A DNA stretch of 64,000 bases from an uncultured Planctomycetia bacterium (GCA_964572255.1 CAZNEE010000001.1:395587-459586), one strand, 5' to 3'; counted from the first letter of the stretch, positions 1 to 9,160 are shown. The notes: generated by a model not told the origin, from the letters alone. Numbers and translations: made by a program.

Positions 1-658
1 AGATTCACCTCCCAGTTTCGGGTTCTTGACGCTGAATTCCATGTACGCCGCCAATATGATAATTGTCCCGGTGGACCTGAGCTATTTTTCCTTTAACGGA
101 GTTGACAGCGTTTACAGGGTGGCCAATCTTTTAGAGACAGAAACCGGCAGAAAACCTTCGGTGCATTTCGTTCTGAATGTATATGATCAACGTTCCAACT
201 TTGCAAAGAGCTTCGAACAGGATGCAAAACGCAAACTTGGGTCATCGCTTTTCTCTACAAAAATACGTTCAAGCGTAAGGGTAAGGGAAGCGGCCAAGAC
301 CGGTAAAACGATTTTTGAACATGATTCGAAATGTTCGGCAGCGCTTGATTTTTACAATCTTATCAGCGAGATCCTTACAGTGGAAGAAAAAATCTCTGAG
401 ACTATCGTGAGGGAATTCGCGCTGAACGCTCCAAAAGCGGGATCCGTATATGTTCTTGGCGATTTCAACGGCTGGAAAAAAGCGGAAGCAAACCGTCTTG
501 CTAAGGTCGAAGACGGAAAATGGTCGGCTCATTTCAACATCAAAAGAGGGACATATAAATATAAGTTTTTAGTGGATGACAAGTGGATACACGATCCGGG
601 CAATCCAGATACCGAGAAGAACAATTTCGGCACGGTGGATTCTGTTCTTAAGATATAA
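1..658 (+). CDS. ParA/MinD-like P-loop ATPase, C-terminal part, fused to a C-terminal CBM48 / AMPK-beta glycogen-binding domain (5' partial; no stop upstream in frame to position 2)
   Basis: The N-terminal part of the fragment has the ParA/Soj C-terminal pattern (IVPVDLSYFSF..VYDQRSNF..VRVREAAKTGKTIFEHD). The last ~80 aa (VYVLGDFNGWKK...KYKFLVDDKWIHDPGNPDTE..FGTVDSVLKI) match the AMPK1_CBM/CBM48 signature (GsFnnW..YKFxVDGxWxhDP..G..NNvi). The frame is open to the window edge. Confidence 0.6.
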   Translation, partial: DSPPSFGFLTLNSMYAANMIIVPVDLSYFSFNGVDSVYRVANLLETETGRKPSVHFVLNVYDQRSNFAKSFEQDAKRKLGSSLFSTKIRSSVRVREAAKTGKTIFEHDSKCSAALDFYNLISEILTVEEKISETIVREFALNAPKAGSVYVLGDFNGWKKAEANRLAKVEDGKWSAHFNIKRGTYKYKFLVDDKWIHDPGNPDTEKNNFGTVDSVLKI

Positions 659-686
659 GAGAACCGGTATGTGCGGATAGAAATAA

Positions 687-718
687 GGGGGCGTTTCTTA
701 AAAAAGGAAACGCCCTTT
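687..718 (+). terminator. Intrinsic terminator-like hairpin after the ParA-CBM48 gene
   Basis: GGGCGTTTC (689-697) and GAAACGCCC (707-715) form a 9-bp GC-rich stem, followed by TTT. Confidence 0.45.
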
Positions 719-722
719 AGTT

Positions 723-1139
723 ATGACAGCGTTTAATGTGACCCCCAGGAAAGAAAAAACCCTTCGCGAAAAGATGCGGCGTTTCGACGTTAAAGAAAGC
801 GATCTTATTGAGAGATTTGTAAGGTCATCGGGGCGCGGCGGGCAAAATGTCAATAAAGTTGCTACCTGTGTATATCTGAAACATAAGCCTACAGGGATAG
901 AAGTAAAGTGTTCCAGAGAACGTTCACAATCCTTAAATCGTTTTCTTGCCCGCAGGATACTTGTCCAAAAGATAGAGAATACGTTGCTCGGCAAGCTTTC
1001 CGAAGAAAGGAAGAGGATAGAGAAAATACGCAGGCAAAAACGCAAACGGTCCAAACGGGCTAAAGAAAAGATGCTTGAAGAGAAAAAAAAGCGGTCCGAG
1101 AAGAAGACATTGCGGAGAAAAGTGAAATTGGAAGAGTGA
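723..1139 (+). CDS. arfB: Peptidyl-tRNA hydrolase ArfB (ribosome rescue factor, RF-1 domain with GGQ)
   Basis: 138 aa. Contains SSGRGGQNVNKV with the GGQ motif, and a lysine/arginine-rich C-terminal tail typical of ArfB/YaeJ. Confidence 0.7.
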   Translation: MTAFNVTPRKEKTLREKMRRFDVKESDLIERFVRSSGRGGQNVNKVATCVYLKHKPTGIEVKCSRERSQSLNRFLARRILVQKIENTLLGKLSEERKRIEKIRRQKRKRSKRAKEKMLEEKKKRSEKKTLRRKVKLEE

Positions 1140-1152
1140 CACGGGAGGGATA

Positions 1153-2715
1153 ATGGCGAGGAAAATAAGAGACTCATGGGGTTCGCGTCTCGGCGTTATA
1201 ATGGCTGTTGCCGGTTCTGCTGTCGGTCTCGGTAATTTCTTAAGGTTTCCCGTTCAAGCTGCGAAAAACGGAGGAGGCGCTTTCATGATACCGTATTTTG
1301 TTGCGCTTCTTCTTGTCGGTATCCCGATCATGTGGGTTGAGTGGGCTATAGGCAGATACGGCGGCGGTTTTGAACATTCGACCGCGCCGGGAGTTTTTCA
1401 CAGTCTTTGGGAGAAGAACAGGTTCATAAAATATTTCGGCATCATCGGCATCTTCGGTCCGATGGTCATCCTTATTTACTATACTTACATCGAATCGTGG
1501 ACGCTTGCTTACAGTTTTTTCGCCCTTGTTCAGAAATATTCGGGCATAACCAGCCAATCGTCTATGCAGTCCTTTTTAATGGGGTTTCAGGGGCTTGAGA
1601 AAAATCAATATTTCACCAGTATCGCCCCCGCGTATATCTTTTTTGTCATAACTTTCATCATAAACATGGTGGTCCTGAATTACGGCATACGGGGAGGGAT
1701 AGAACGTTTTTGCAAATTTGCCATGCCGACACTTTTTATCTTCGGGATCATATTGGCAATAAGGGTTTTAACTTTAGGGACTCCGGATCCTTCTAAACCC
1801 GGATGGAATATTTTCAACGGATTGGGGTATTTGTGGAATCCCGATTTTTCCCAGCTAAAAAGCGCTAAGATATGGCTGGCAGCGACAGGCCAGATCTTCT
1901 TCACGCTGAGTGTTGGAATAGGCGTGATCCTGACTTATGCGAGTTATTTAAAAAAAGGGGACGATGTTGCGCTTTCAGGGCTCACCGCGGTAAGTACAAA
2001 TGAAATGGCGGAAGTAATACTCGGGGGCAGTATAATCATTCCGGCGGCTTTCGTGTTTTTCGGTCCCATGATGATAGGTAATATCGCAAATTCCGGGGCG
2101 TTTAACCTGGGCTTTGTGACCATGCCGCTTATTTTCGGACATATGCCGTTTTCGGAAGTGTTCGGCTTTTTATGGTTCGGGCTGTTATTTCTCGCGGGCG
2201 TCACTTCATCCGTATCTTTAGCCCAGCCGGCCATAGCTTTTATTGAGGATGAATTTAACCTCACGCGCAAAAAAGCGGTCGCGCTTTTTGGCGCTGTAAC
2301 ATTTTTACTTTGTAACGGAGCGATATTTTTTCTTGGAAAAGGCGTTGTGGATGAACTTGATTTCTGGGGAGGGACATTTTGTCTGGTCCTTTTCGCCACA
2401 ATAGAAGTCATACTTTTCGGCTGGATATTCGGCATTGAAAAAGCCTGGGAAGAAGTGCATCACGGAGCTGATATGCGCATACCGCGTGTTTATAAGTACA
2501 TTATTAAATATATTACCCCTGTTTTCCTCCTGGTAATTTTAGCCGCATGGTTTCTGCAGGAATGGCTGCCGATAATAGGAATGAGCAATGTTTCCGATGC
2601 GAACAGGCCTTACATCATGGCGACCCGAATAGGTTTAATTTTGCTTTTCCTTGTACTTGCCGTTCTCGTGAAGGTCGCCTGGAAGAAAAGGGAAGTGAAG
2701 AGGGGGAAAAAATGA
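1153..2715 (+). CDS. Sodium-dependent transporter, NSS/SNF family (LeuT-like)
   Basis: 520 aa, polytopic. N-terminal GSRLGVIMAVAGSAVGLGNFLRFPVQAAKNGGGAFMIPYF is the NSS family signature. An RBS (GGGAGGGATA) precedes the ATG. Confidence 0.85.
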   Translation: MARKIRDSWGSRLGVIMAVAGSAVGLGNFLRFPVQAAKNGGGAFMIPYFVALLLVGIPIMWVEWAIGRYGGGFEHSTAPGVFHSLWEKNRFIKYFGIIGIFGPMVILIYYTYIESWTLAYSFFALVQKYSGITSQSSMQSFLMGFQGLEKNQYFTSIAPAYIFFVITFIINMVVLNYGIRGGIERFCKFAMPTLFIFGIILAIRVLTLGTPDPSKPGWNIFNGLGYLWNPDFSQLKSAKIWLAATGQIFFTLSVGIGVILTYASYLKKGDDVALSGLTAVSTNEMAEVILGGSIIIPAAFVFFGPMMIGNIANSGAFNLGFVTMPLIFGHMPFSEVFGFLWFGLLFLAGVTSSVSLAQPAIAFIEDEFNLTRKKAVALFGAVTFLLCNGAIFFLGKGVVDELDFWGGTFCLVLFATIEVILFGWIFGIEKAWEEVHHGADMRIPRVYKYIIKYITPVFLLVILAAWFLQEWLPIIGMSNVSDANRPYIMATRIGLILLFLVLAVLVKVAWKKREVKRGKK

Positions 2716-2816
2716 CGGTTTTTGGCTGGATTTTCATTTTTATGTCATGGACGGCGATATTGATCCTTTCTTTTTTCTGTTTTTCAAAGATTTTCAGGAA
2801 AAAGAAGCTGGATTAA
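2712..2816 (+). CDS. Small hydrophobic peptide (34 aa, single TM) translationally coupled to the NSS transporter
   Basis: Its ATG overlaps the transporter stop (ATGA at 2712-2715). A strong RBS, AGGGGGAA, sits just upstream. The product is MTVFGWIFIFMSWTAILILSFFCFSKIFRKKKLD. Confidence 0.35.
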   Translation: MTVFGWIFIFMSWTAILILSFFCFSKIFRKKKLD

Positions 2817-2824
2817 AAATATTT

Positions 2825-2851
2825 TTGCATTTTGGAGAGAATTGTTATAAT
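2825..2851 (+). promoter_or_regulatory. Sigma70-type promoter with extended -10 (TTGCAT ... TGtTATAAT)
   Basis: -35 TTGCAT at 2825-2830 and an extended -10 TGTTATAAT at 2843-2851, with a 15-nt spacer. It lies about 55 bp upstream of the PC4-like gene. Confidence 0.45.
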
Positions 2852-2908
2852 ATATAAACATATAAATATTACGCATTAAAATAATACTCTAGAAAAAAGG
2901 GGGCATAA

Positions 2909-3142
2909 ATGGAAAAAGATGTCGCTTCTTTTGAAAAAAACAAGTACCAGGATATCAAAGTCCGCATATCTGAATTCCAGGGCAATGATGTTATTGACAT
3001 CCGCATCTGGACACAACCTCCGCAGGGCGAGGAGAAAGTGCCGACAGGTAAGGGGATCAATATCAATGTAAAGCTTTTTCCTAAGCTTAAAGAGGCTATC
3101 GAAAAGCTGGAGAAAGAGCTTAAAGACAGTAGCATGATTTAA
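2909..3142 (+). CDS. PC4/YdbC-like small ssDNA-binding protein (transcriptional coactivator p15 fold)
   Basis: 77 aa. The pattern ...KVRISEFQGNDVIDIRIW....KVPTGKGININVKLFPKL.. resembles bacterial PC4-like (PF02229) proteins. RBS AAAAGGGGG. Confidence 0.45.
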   Translation: MEKDVASFEKNKYQDIKVRISEFQGNDVIDIRIWTQPPQGEEKVPTGKGININVKLFPKLKEAIEKLEKELKDSSMI

Positions 3143-3164
3143 AACAGAATGAAAAGGAAAATGT

Positions 3165-3602
3165 ATGGTAGAAGGTAAAGAAAAAAGACGTTTTATCAGA
3201 CATCTTTTGGTCAATCCTCTCGAGTTCCAAGTTGCCGAAGAAGAGCCGGAAAGAACAGAGACGGTCAATGTTTCCGAAGGCGGGCTTATGTTCATGTCGA
3301 AAAAGGATGTTCCCGCGGAAACCCCGATCAAGATACAGATGCCTCTTTACGATAAAGTTTTTCAAATAAAGGCAATCGTTGTGCACAGCACCAAGGACGA
3401 AACTGCCGGGCTGTACAAGATAGGAGTTAAGTTCGAAAGTTTCGCTGACGCGTTCAAGGTTAAACTTATCGAGCAGATATACTTGATCGAAGAATACAGG
3501 ATACTCAGGTCGCTTCAGCTTGGCAAAGAGCTCAGTTTACAGGAAGCGTCAAAAGAATGGATCAAGAGATACTCCAAACGGTTCGAAAAGCTGTACTGGT
3601 AA
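3165..3602 (+). CDS. PilZ-domain c-di-GMP binding protein
   Basis: RRFIRH (RxxxR) is followed by NVSEGGLMF (D/NxSxGG), the two-part PilZ c-di-GMP binding signature. 145 aa. Confidence 0.65.
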   Translation: MVEGKEKRRFIRHLLVNPLEFQVAEEEPERTETVNVSEGGLMFMSKKDVPAETPIKIQMPLYDKVFQIKAIVVHSTKDETAGLYKIGVKFESFADAFKVKLIEQIYLIEEYRILRSLQLGKELSLQEASKEWIKRYSKRFEKLYW

Positions 3603-3626
3603 TTAATTAAGGTTTGTTAAGTTTTA

Positions 3627-3667
3627 AAAAGCCGGTTTCATTATTTATAGTGGAACCGGCTTTTTTA
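3627..3667 (+). terminator. Rho-independent terminator
   Basis: AAAAGCCGGTT (N17) AACCGGCTTTT forms an 11-bp stem (3627-3637 / 3654-3664); the T-run of the 3' arm continues into TTTTTTATTA. Confidence 0.7.
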
Positions 3668-3718
3668 TTATCCCGCCAATAATATTTTTTCAGAAAAAAA
3701 TCAGCCTTGAGATAATAT

Positions 3719-3747
3719 TTGACAAAATATACTTGTATATGTATACT
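3719..3747 (+). promoter_or_regulatory. Near-consensus sigma70 promoter (Pmra) for the dcw cluster
   Basis: TTGACA at 3719-3724, a 17-nt spacer, and TATACT at 3742-3747. Located about 25 bp upstream of mraZ. Confidence 0.65.
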
Positions 3748-3769
3748 TTTTAGTAGATAGTGGAGTAAA

Positions 3770-4225
3770 GTGGAGGAGAGTAGAGTGTTCTACGGAGAGT
3801 ATTCACATACGCTTGATAAGAAAGGACGTTTGATAATTCCGTCCAGATTCCGCGATGTTATCAAGGACAGCGGCATAGAAAAATTGTATGTGACGCGCGG
3901 GTTGGACGAGTGTCTTTTCATATTTTCAGAAGATGAGTGGAGAGTTCAGGAAAATAAATTCAAGTCGATGTCTTTCACAAAAAGAGAAGTAAGAAAGTTC
4001 AGAAGGCTTTTCTTTTCAGGCGCGATCGAAACGGCTCCGGATAAACAATGGCGGATATTGATCCCTGATTATCTTAAAGAGTATGCACATCTTTCCAGGA
4101 GTATTGTTATTATCGGCGTGTCAAACCGTATCGAAGTATGGGACAAAAAGAAATGGAAAGATTTCTATACCACCACCAAAGAAAATTACGAAGATATAGC
4201 TGAGGGGATAATTGAGCCCGAATAA
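3770..4225 (+). CDS. mraZ: Transcriptional regulator MraZ
   Basis: The tandem MraZ/DUF131 motif is present (YGEYSHTLDKKGRLIIPSRFR and a second half). It sits at the head of the dcw cluster. The start is GTG 3770, or alternatively GTG 3785. Confidence 0.85.
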   Translation: MEESRVFYGEYSHTLDKKGRLIIPSRFRDVIKDSGIEKLYVTRGLDECLFIFSEDEWRVQENKFKSMSFTKREVRKFRRLFFSGAIETAPDKQWRILIPDYLKEYAHLSRSIVIIGVSNRIEVWDKKKWKDFYTTTKENYEDIAEGIIEPE

Positions 4226-4251
4226 AAGATGAGTTGCCAAGGGGGAAGGGC

Positions 4252-4443
4252 ATGTACAGAAGATACGCGGTCAAATTTCACAACAAGAAAGCTGAATTCA
4301 TCAATTGCGTGAATATGGTCGAAAGAGAAAAAAAGGCAAGAGCGCTCCATTCGGGAATGTCACATCTTGGCGTTAGAAGATACGTCCTTTCCTCAAGCGG
4401 TATCGGGAAAAAAGGGTTTATCAGGATCAAAGATTGTAAATAA
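4252..4443 (+). CDS. Hypothetical small basic protein (63 aa)
   Basis: ATG preceded by AAGGGGGAAGGG. No recognisable domain. It lies in the normally tight mraZ-rsmH junction. Confidence 0.3.
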   Translation: MYRRYAVKFHNKKAEFINCVNMVEREKKARALHSGMSHLGVRRYVLSSSGIGKKGFIRIKDCK

Positions 4444-4463
4444 ATATATAAAAAGGGGCAAGC

Positions 4464-4646
4464 ATGAAAAAGTATCTTCAAGCATGCGAGGTCGGAGGAT
4501 CGATTTACGGGAAGAAGCGGCAGACAAAAATGCATACTGACCAGGGCAAGAACAAAGTCTTAAAACAGGATGTCATGACTGTCTATAACAAGTTTTACAA
4601 GGATCAGGTTGCCGCTTTATATAAAGCGATCCACAACAGCAAATAA
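4464..4646 (+). CDS. Hypothetical small basic protein (60 aa)
   Basis: ATG preceded by AAAAGGGG. No recognisable domain. Confidence 0.3.
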   Translation: MKKYLQACEVGGSIYGKKRQTKMHTDQGKNKVLKQDVMTVYNKFYKDQVAALYKAIHNSK

Positions 4647-4653
4647 ACATTAA

Positions 4654-5535
4654 ATGCATTTTCCGGTACTTTTAGAAGAAGTTATCTTTAATCTTAAACC
4701 GGAAGTCGGAGATATTATCCTGGATGCTACAGCGGGCGGCGGGGGCCACGCCAGAGCGATACTCGAGAAAATAGCGCCGGGAGGGAAACTTATCACCCTT
4801 GATAGGGATCAAGAAGCCGTCCGGAGGGTCCGAGAGGAACTAAAAGATTTCCAGGAGAACCTTGTAGCTTTAAACGAAAATTTTAAGAATGTAGACAAAG
4901 TTCTTGATTCTTGTAATATAGACCGCATTGACGGAGCGCTTTTTGATCTTGGCATGTCTTCATTTCAGCTTGATGAGCCCGAAAGAGGGTTCAGTTTTTC
5001 CAAAGACGGTTCTCTTGATATGAGGTTCAATACCTCGGAAGGCATGACGGCCTGCGATGTCGTGAATAAATTCAGCATGGCGGATCTGGCCCAGATCATA
5101 AAAAAATACGGGGAAGAACGGCATTCAAAGTTAGTCGCGAAAGCGATCGTTGAATACAGGAGATCCGGGCGGATTCAGACGACAGGTGAATTGGCTGAGA
5201 TCATAAATAAAGCAATAGGCCGGAAATATTCAAGGCTTAAGCTGCATCCGGCGGCAAGAACGTTTCAGGCTTTACGGATATACGTGAATGATGAACTCGG
5301 CGCTCTGGAAGAGGGGGTAAAGAAAGCTTTATCCTTTTTGAGCCCCACAGCAAGGATTTGCGTTATCTCGTTTCATTCTCTTGAAGATAGAATAGTCAAA
5401 AACATCTTCAGGACGATGGCGAGAGTGGGCGATCTGGAGCTCGTGGTAAAAAAGCCTGTAAGGCCGAGCGAGGGGGAAATTGATGAAAATCCCCGGTCAA
5501 GAAGCGCTAAGTTAAGAGTAGCGGAAAAATTATAA
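4654..5535 (+). CDS. rsmH: 16S rRNA (cytosine1402-N4)-methyltransferase RsmH (MraW)
   Basis: LDATAGGGGHARAILEK is the SAM-binding region of MraW. Position within the dcw cluster fits. Confidence 0.9.
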   Translation: MHFPVLLEEVIFNLKPEVGDIILDATAGGGGHARAILEKIAPGGKLITLDRDQEAVRRVREELKDFQENLVALNENFKNVDKVLDSCNIDRIDGALFDLGMSSFQLDEPERGFSFSKDGSLDMRFNTSEGMTACDVVNKFSMADLAQIIKKYGEERHSKLVAKAIVEYRRSGRIQTTGELAEIINKAIGRKYSRLKLHPAARTFQALRIYVNDELGALEEGVKKALSFLSPTARICVISFHSLEDRIVKNIFRTMARVGDLELVVKKPVRPSEGEIDENPRSRSAKLRVAEKL

Positions 5536-5897
5536 TGAAAATATCAAAATTTATTACTATAGGGACCATAATTACAATAATATCTATCGGATATGTTCAC
5601 CAAAGAACAGAAATGATAAAATTGGGATATGCCCTCCAGGACAACAGGATCAAGCTGGCCACTCTCGTTGACCAGAATTCCAAATTAATGTATAATCTTT
5701 CCAAACTGGAATCTCCAAGGACTTTACTCGCTTCATTAGATTGTGAGCAGATAAAATTTGCAAATCACCGGCAGCGGCAAGAGGAAAGTTACCAGCTTAC
5801 CGGCTCAGAGGCCCAGAAAATAAGTTCGACAGAGGCTATCTTTGGACGTTTTTTGGACCTCTTTACTTTAAATGCTGAAGCGAGACCTCGCAAGTAA
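5535..5897 (+). CDS. ftsL: Cell division protein FtsL
   Basis: 120 aa, bitopic (N-terminal TM followed by a coiled coil). Its start overlaps the rsmH stop (TAATG). It lies between rsmH and ftsI. Confidence 0.7.
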   Translation: MKISKFITIGTIITIISIGYVHQRTEMIKLGYALQDNRIKLATLVDQNSKLMYNLSKLESPRTLLASLDCEQIKFANHRQRQEESYQLTGSEAQKISSTEAIFGRFLDLFTLNAEARPRK

Positions 5898-5951
5898 TTC
5901 TTTCACAAGAGGTAAAAAGCTCTATTCCTAAATACTTATTTGCGGAGCGGA

Positions 5952-7640
5952 ATGTTCAAGACACGCCAATATTTTATATTTTTCATCTTAATATTAATTT
6001 TATTCTTCTTATTTGCAAGATTGGCCTATCTGCAGGTTATAAATCGCAAGAAATTCTCAGAGTTAGCCTCCGACCAGCACAACAGTATAATAAAAGTCGA
6101 GCCGAGAAGGGGGACGATATATGACAGGTTCATGGAACCCTTGGCGATCAATCTTGATGTCCCGAGTATTTATGCTGATCCCCGCAGCATCCATGACAAG
6201 AAGTATGTCTCAGATAAGCTTTCCGGTATATTGAACATGAACAGCTCCGTTTTACTCGAAAGATTACAGAAGGATAAGGCTTTTGTCTGGGTAAAACGCA
6301 AAGTCAGCGCCCAAGAGGCGGAGAAGGTGAGGGTGCTCAAACTTGAAGGCGTGAATTTTGTAACGGAGAGTAAACGGCACTATCCGAATGATTCCATGGC
6401 CTGCCATGTTATAGGATTTGCCGGCATCGACAACGAGGGGCTTGAGGGGCTGGAGTTATCATTGAATGATGAGCTTAAGGGGCAGCATGGCTGGAGGTCA
6501 CTTGTCAGGGACGCGAAACGAAGAACAGTTCTTTTTAATGAAAGGGAATCTGTGCCGCCGCAAGACGGTTATAATGTGATCCTTACAATAGATAGTGTGA
6601 TACAATACATTGTAGAGGAAGAAATAAAGGCCATGGCCGAAAAGTATAATGCTTCCTCTGCTTCGTGTGTTGTGATGGAACCTTCAACCGGCAGGATACT
6701 TGCATTGTGCAACTATCCGGGTTTTGATCTTAACTCATTCGGACAGGTGCCTAAAGAAGGGGTCAAAAATGATCCCGTATCCAGCGTTTTTGAACCGGGA
6801 AGCGTTTTCAAGGTCGTTACTGCCGGCGCGTCATTAAACGAGATCGCGGTTGACCCTGAAGAGGAATTTGATTGTGAGAACGGTACCTACAACGTCGGCG
6901 GAAGGATATTGCATGATTACCACCCGTATGGGATATTATCCTTTAAAGAGGTTATTTCAAAATCAAGTAATATAGGCACGGTAAAAGCCGCGTACAAACT
7001 CGGCGATAAGAAATTATATGAATATATAAGAAAATTCGGTTTTGGCGAAAAGACCGGGATCGATCTGCCGGGAGAAGTAGAGGGCATTGTGAGGCCCCCG
7101 TCAACATGGTCAAGAAGCGACATGACAACGATACCTATCGGTCAGGGTATAGCCGTTACTACCATCCAGCTGGCCTGTACGGCAAGTACAATAGCTAATG
7201 GCGGGCTTCTCATGAAGCCGTATATTATCGATAAGATAACTACATGGGAGAACGAGACATTCAGAAAGAACGGTTCCGAACTTAAACGCCGTGTTTTAGA
7301 CGAAGTCACTTGTAACAGGATGAAAAATATAATGCATGAGGTGGTGTTAAACGGGACAGGAAGAAGGGCCGCTTCAAAGATCTACGAGTTTTGCGGAAAA
7401 ACCGGGACAGCGCAGGCAGTTGATCCAAATGGCGGATATTATCCGAATAAATACAACGCTACCTTTATAGGATTTGCTCCCAAAGAAAGACCTTTGGTCA
7501 GTATAGTTGTCACGGCCTATGATCCCCATCCTGTTCATTTCGGCGGGAGTGTGGCGGGGCCGGCTTTCAAGAGAATAGCGGAGCGCACGCTGCAGTATTT
7601 AAAAACAAATGTTCCTATAGCGGAACATGCTGATAATTAA
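5952..7640 (+). CDS. ftsI: Penicillin-binding protein 3 / FtsI transpeptidase
   Basis: SxxK (GSVFKVVTA), SxN (SKSSNIG) and KTG (GKTGTAQ) motifs are all present, plus an N-terminal TM. The ORF track starts at TTG 5940; the ATG at 5952 with a GGAG RBS is the preferred start. Confidence 0.85.
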   Translation: MFKTRQYFIFFILILILFFLFARLAYLQVINRKKFSELASDQHNSIIKVEPRRGTIYDRFMEPLAINLDVPSIYADPRSIHDKKYVSDKLSGILNMNSSVLLERLQKDKAFVWVKRKVSAQEAEKVRVLKLEGVNFVTESKRHYPNDSMACHVIGFAGIDNEGLEGLELSLNDELKGQHGWRSLVRDAKRRTVLFNERESVPPQDGYNVILTIDSVIQYIVEEEIKAMAEKYNASSASCVVMEPSTGRILALCNYPGFDLNSFGQVPKEGVKNDPVSSVFEPGSVFKVVTAGASLNEIAVDPEEEFDCENGTYNVGGRILHDYHPYGILSFKEVISKSSNIGTVKAAYKLGDKKLYEYIRKFGFGEKTGIDLPGEVEGIVRPPSTWSRSDMTTIPIGQGIAVTTIQLACTASTIANGGLLMKPYIIDKITTWENETFRKNGSELKRRVLDEVTCNRMKNIMHEVVLNGTGRRAASKIYEFCGKTGTAQAVDPNGGYYPNKYNATFIGFAPKERPLVSIVVTAYDPHPVHFGGSVAGPAFKRIAERTLQYLKTNVPIAEHADN

Positions 7641-9102
7641 TAAAAAAATGTATAACACGATCGAAAAAATATTAAAACAAACCCCGTTCAATAAGGATAA
7701 CGTAAAGACTGACTCAAGGAAAGTTGCCCCCGGCGATATTTTTGTTGCGATAAAAGGCACGAGATATGATGGCCATGATTATATTCTTGGAGCGTTGAAA
7801 AAAGGCGCAAAACTTGTATTGTGCGAGGAAGAAATTGCCGGCCTGTCAGACGATGACAGAAAAAAAGTCATCAGAGTCGAAGACACTAAAAAAACTCTGG
7901 CGCTTATTGCCAAACATGTTTTTAACGACCCGTCCAATTCACTCAAGGTATATGGGATAACAGGAACTAACGGTAAAACCACGACAGCGTTTCTGATAGA
8001 TAAGATCCTTAATACAGCGGGCACGGACTCCGGGTTCATAACAACAGTTTTCACCAAGACAGCGGGTGAGGAAGTGACGCGTTCATCGATGACAACGCCT
8101 GATTCCGTGACGCTCAACAGTTTGTTAAGAGATATGGCCGCAAACGGCAAGAAAGCCGCTGTGATGGAAGTTTCAAGCCATGCGCTTGATCAGGAGAGGG
8201 TATGCGGGATCGAATTTGCGAGCGCGGTATTTACGAACATTACCCCGGAGCACCTGGATTATCACGGCAGTATGGAGAAATATCTTAAGGATAAGTCCAG
8301 GATATTTGAAAACTTGAAGGCAAACAGCATAGCGGTGCTTAATCAGGATGACCAGTCCGTCAGGAGCATCAAAAGTGCGATAACCGGCAGGGTAGTCACT
8401 TTCGGCATAAAGGAAAGAGCCGATATAATCGCCAGGAACATAAAATTATCATCCGACGGTACTTCTTTTGATCTTATTATTGATAATGCAGGTTCATTAC
8501 ATGTTGAGACAAAACTGATCGGCGAGCATAATGTTTATAATATTCTGGCGTCTGTAGCAGCGCTCGTTGATAGCGGTATCGATCTAAGTGTTTTCGAAAA
8601 GGCGCTGAATGAAGCTGTATCGGTCCCCGGCAGGCTGGAACTGGTTACGGATAAAACCCCTTTTCGGATTTTCGTGGATTATGCGCATACACCTGACGCT
8701 TTGGAGAATGTTTTAAAGTGTCTTAAAGATCTGAGTGAAAACCGGCTTATGTGTGTTTTTGGTTGCGGCGGAGACCGGGATAAGACCAAAAGGCCTGTTA
8801 TGGGGGAAATAGCCAGCAGGATATGCGACAAGGTTATAATAACAAGTGATAATCCGAGAACAGAGGATCCGCGCCAGATCATAAACCAGATCGAAAAAGG
8901 CGTGCTCAAGGGTGCGGACTATAGTATAATATTAGATAGAAAAAAAGCTATCTTTGAGGCAATTGATAAGGCAAAAGAAAAGGATATTATCGTTATCGCG
9001 GGCAAGGGGCACGAGGACTATCAGATCATAGGCGATAAGGTGTTAGAGTTCGACGATAAAAAAGTCGCCCTTGAAATACTAAAAGAATTAAAGTATATAT
9101 AG
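7627..9102 (+). CDS. murE: UDP-N-acetylmuramoyl-L-alanyl-D-glutamate--2,6-diaminopimelate ligase MurE
   Basis: Mur ligase P-loop GITGTNGKTTT. The DNPR motif (SDNPRTEDP) indicates meso-DAP specificity. Confidence 0.9.
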   Translation: MLIINKKMYNTIEKILKQTPFNKDNVKTDSRKVAPGDIFVAIKGTRYDGHDYILGALKKGAKLVLCEEEIAGLSDDDRKKVIRVEDTKKTLALIAKHVFNDPSNSLKVYGITGTNGKTTTAFLIDKILNTAGTDSGFITTVFTKTAGEEVTRSSMTTPDSVTLNSLLRDMAANGKKAAVMEVSSHALDQERVCGIEFASAVFTNITPEHLDYHGSMEKYLKDKSRIFENLKANSIAVLNQDDQSVRSIKSAITGRVVTFGIKERADIIARNIKLSSDGTSFDLIIDNAGSLHVETKLIGEHNVYNILASVAALVDSGIDLSVFEKALNEAVSVPGRLELVTDKTPFRIFVDYAHTPDALENVLKCLKDLSENRLMCVFGCGGDRDKTKRPVMGEIASRICDKVIITSDNPRTEDPRQIINQIEKGVLKGADYSIILDRKKAIFEAIDKAKEKDIIVIAGKGHEDYQIIGDKVLEFDDKKVALEILKELKYI

Positions 9103-9112
9103 CAAGTGTTCG

Positions 9113-9160
9113 GACTATTCCTCGCAGGGACGTCAAAATTCCCCAGCGAGGAATTTTGAC
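9113..9160. repeat. Palindromic repeat family A, copy 1 (core CTCGCAGGGACGTCAAAATTCCCCAGCGAG)
   Basis: A second copy is at 32517-32575. Its flanking stem bases co-vary: TTCCTCGC/GCGAGGAA here versus TTTCTCGC/GCGAGAAA in copy 2. It sits in an unusual ~160 bp gap between murE and murF. Confidence 0.6.
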
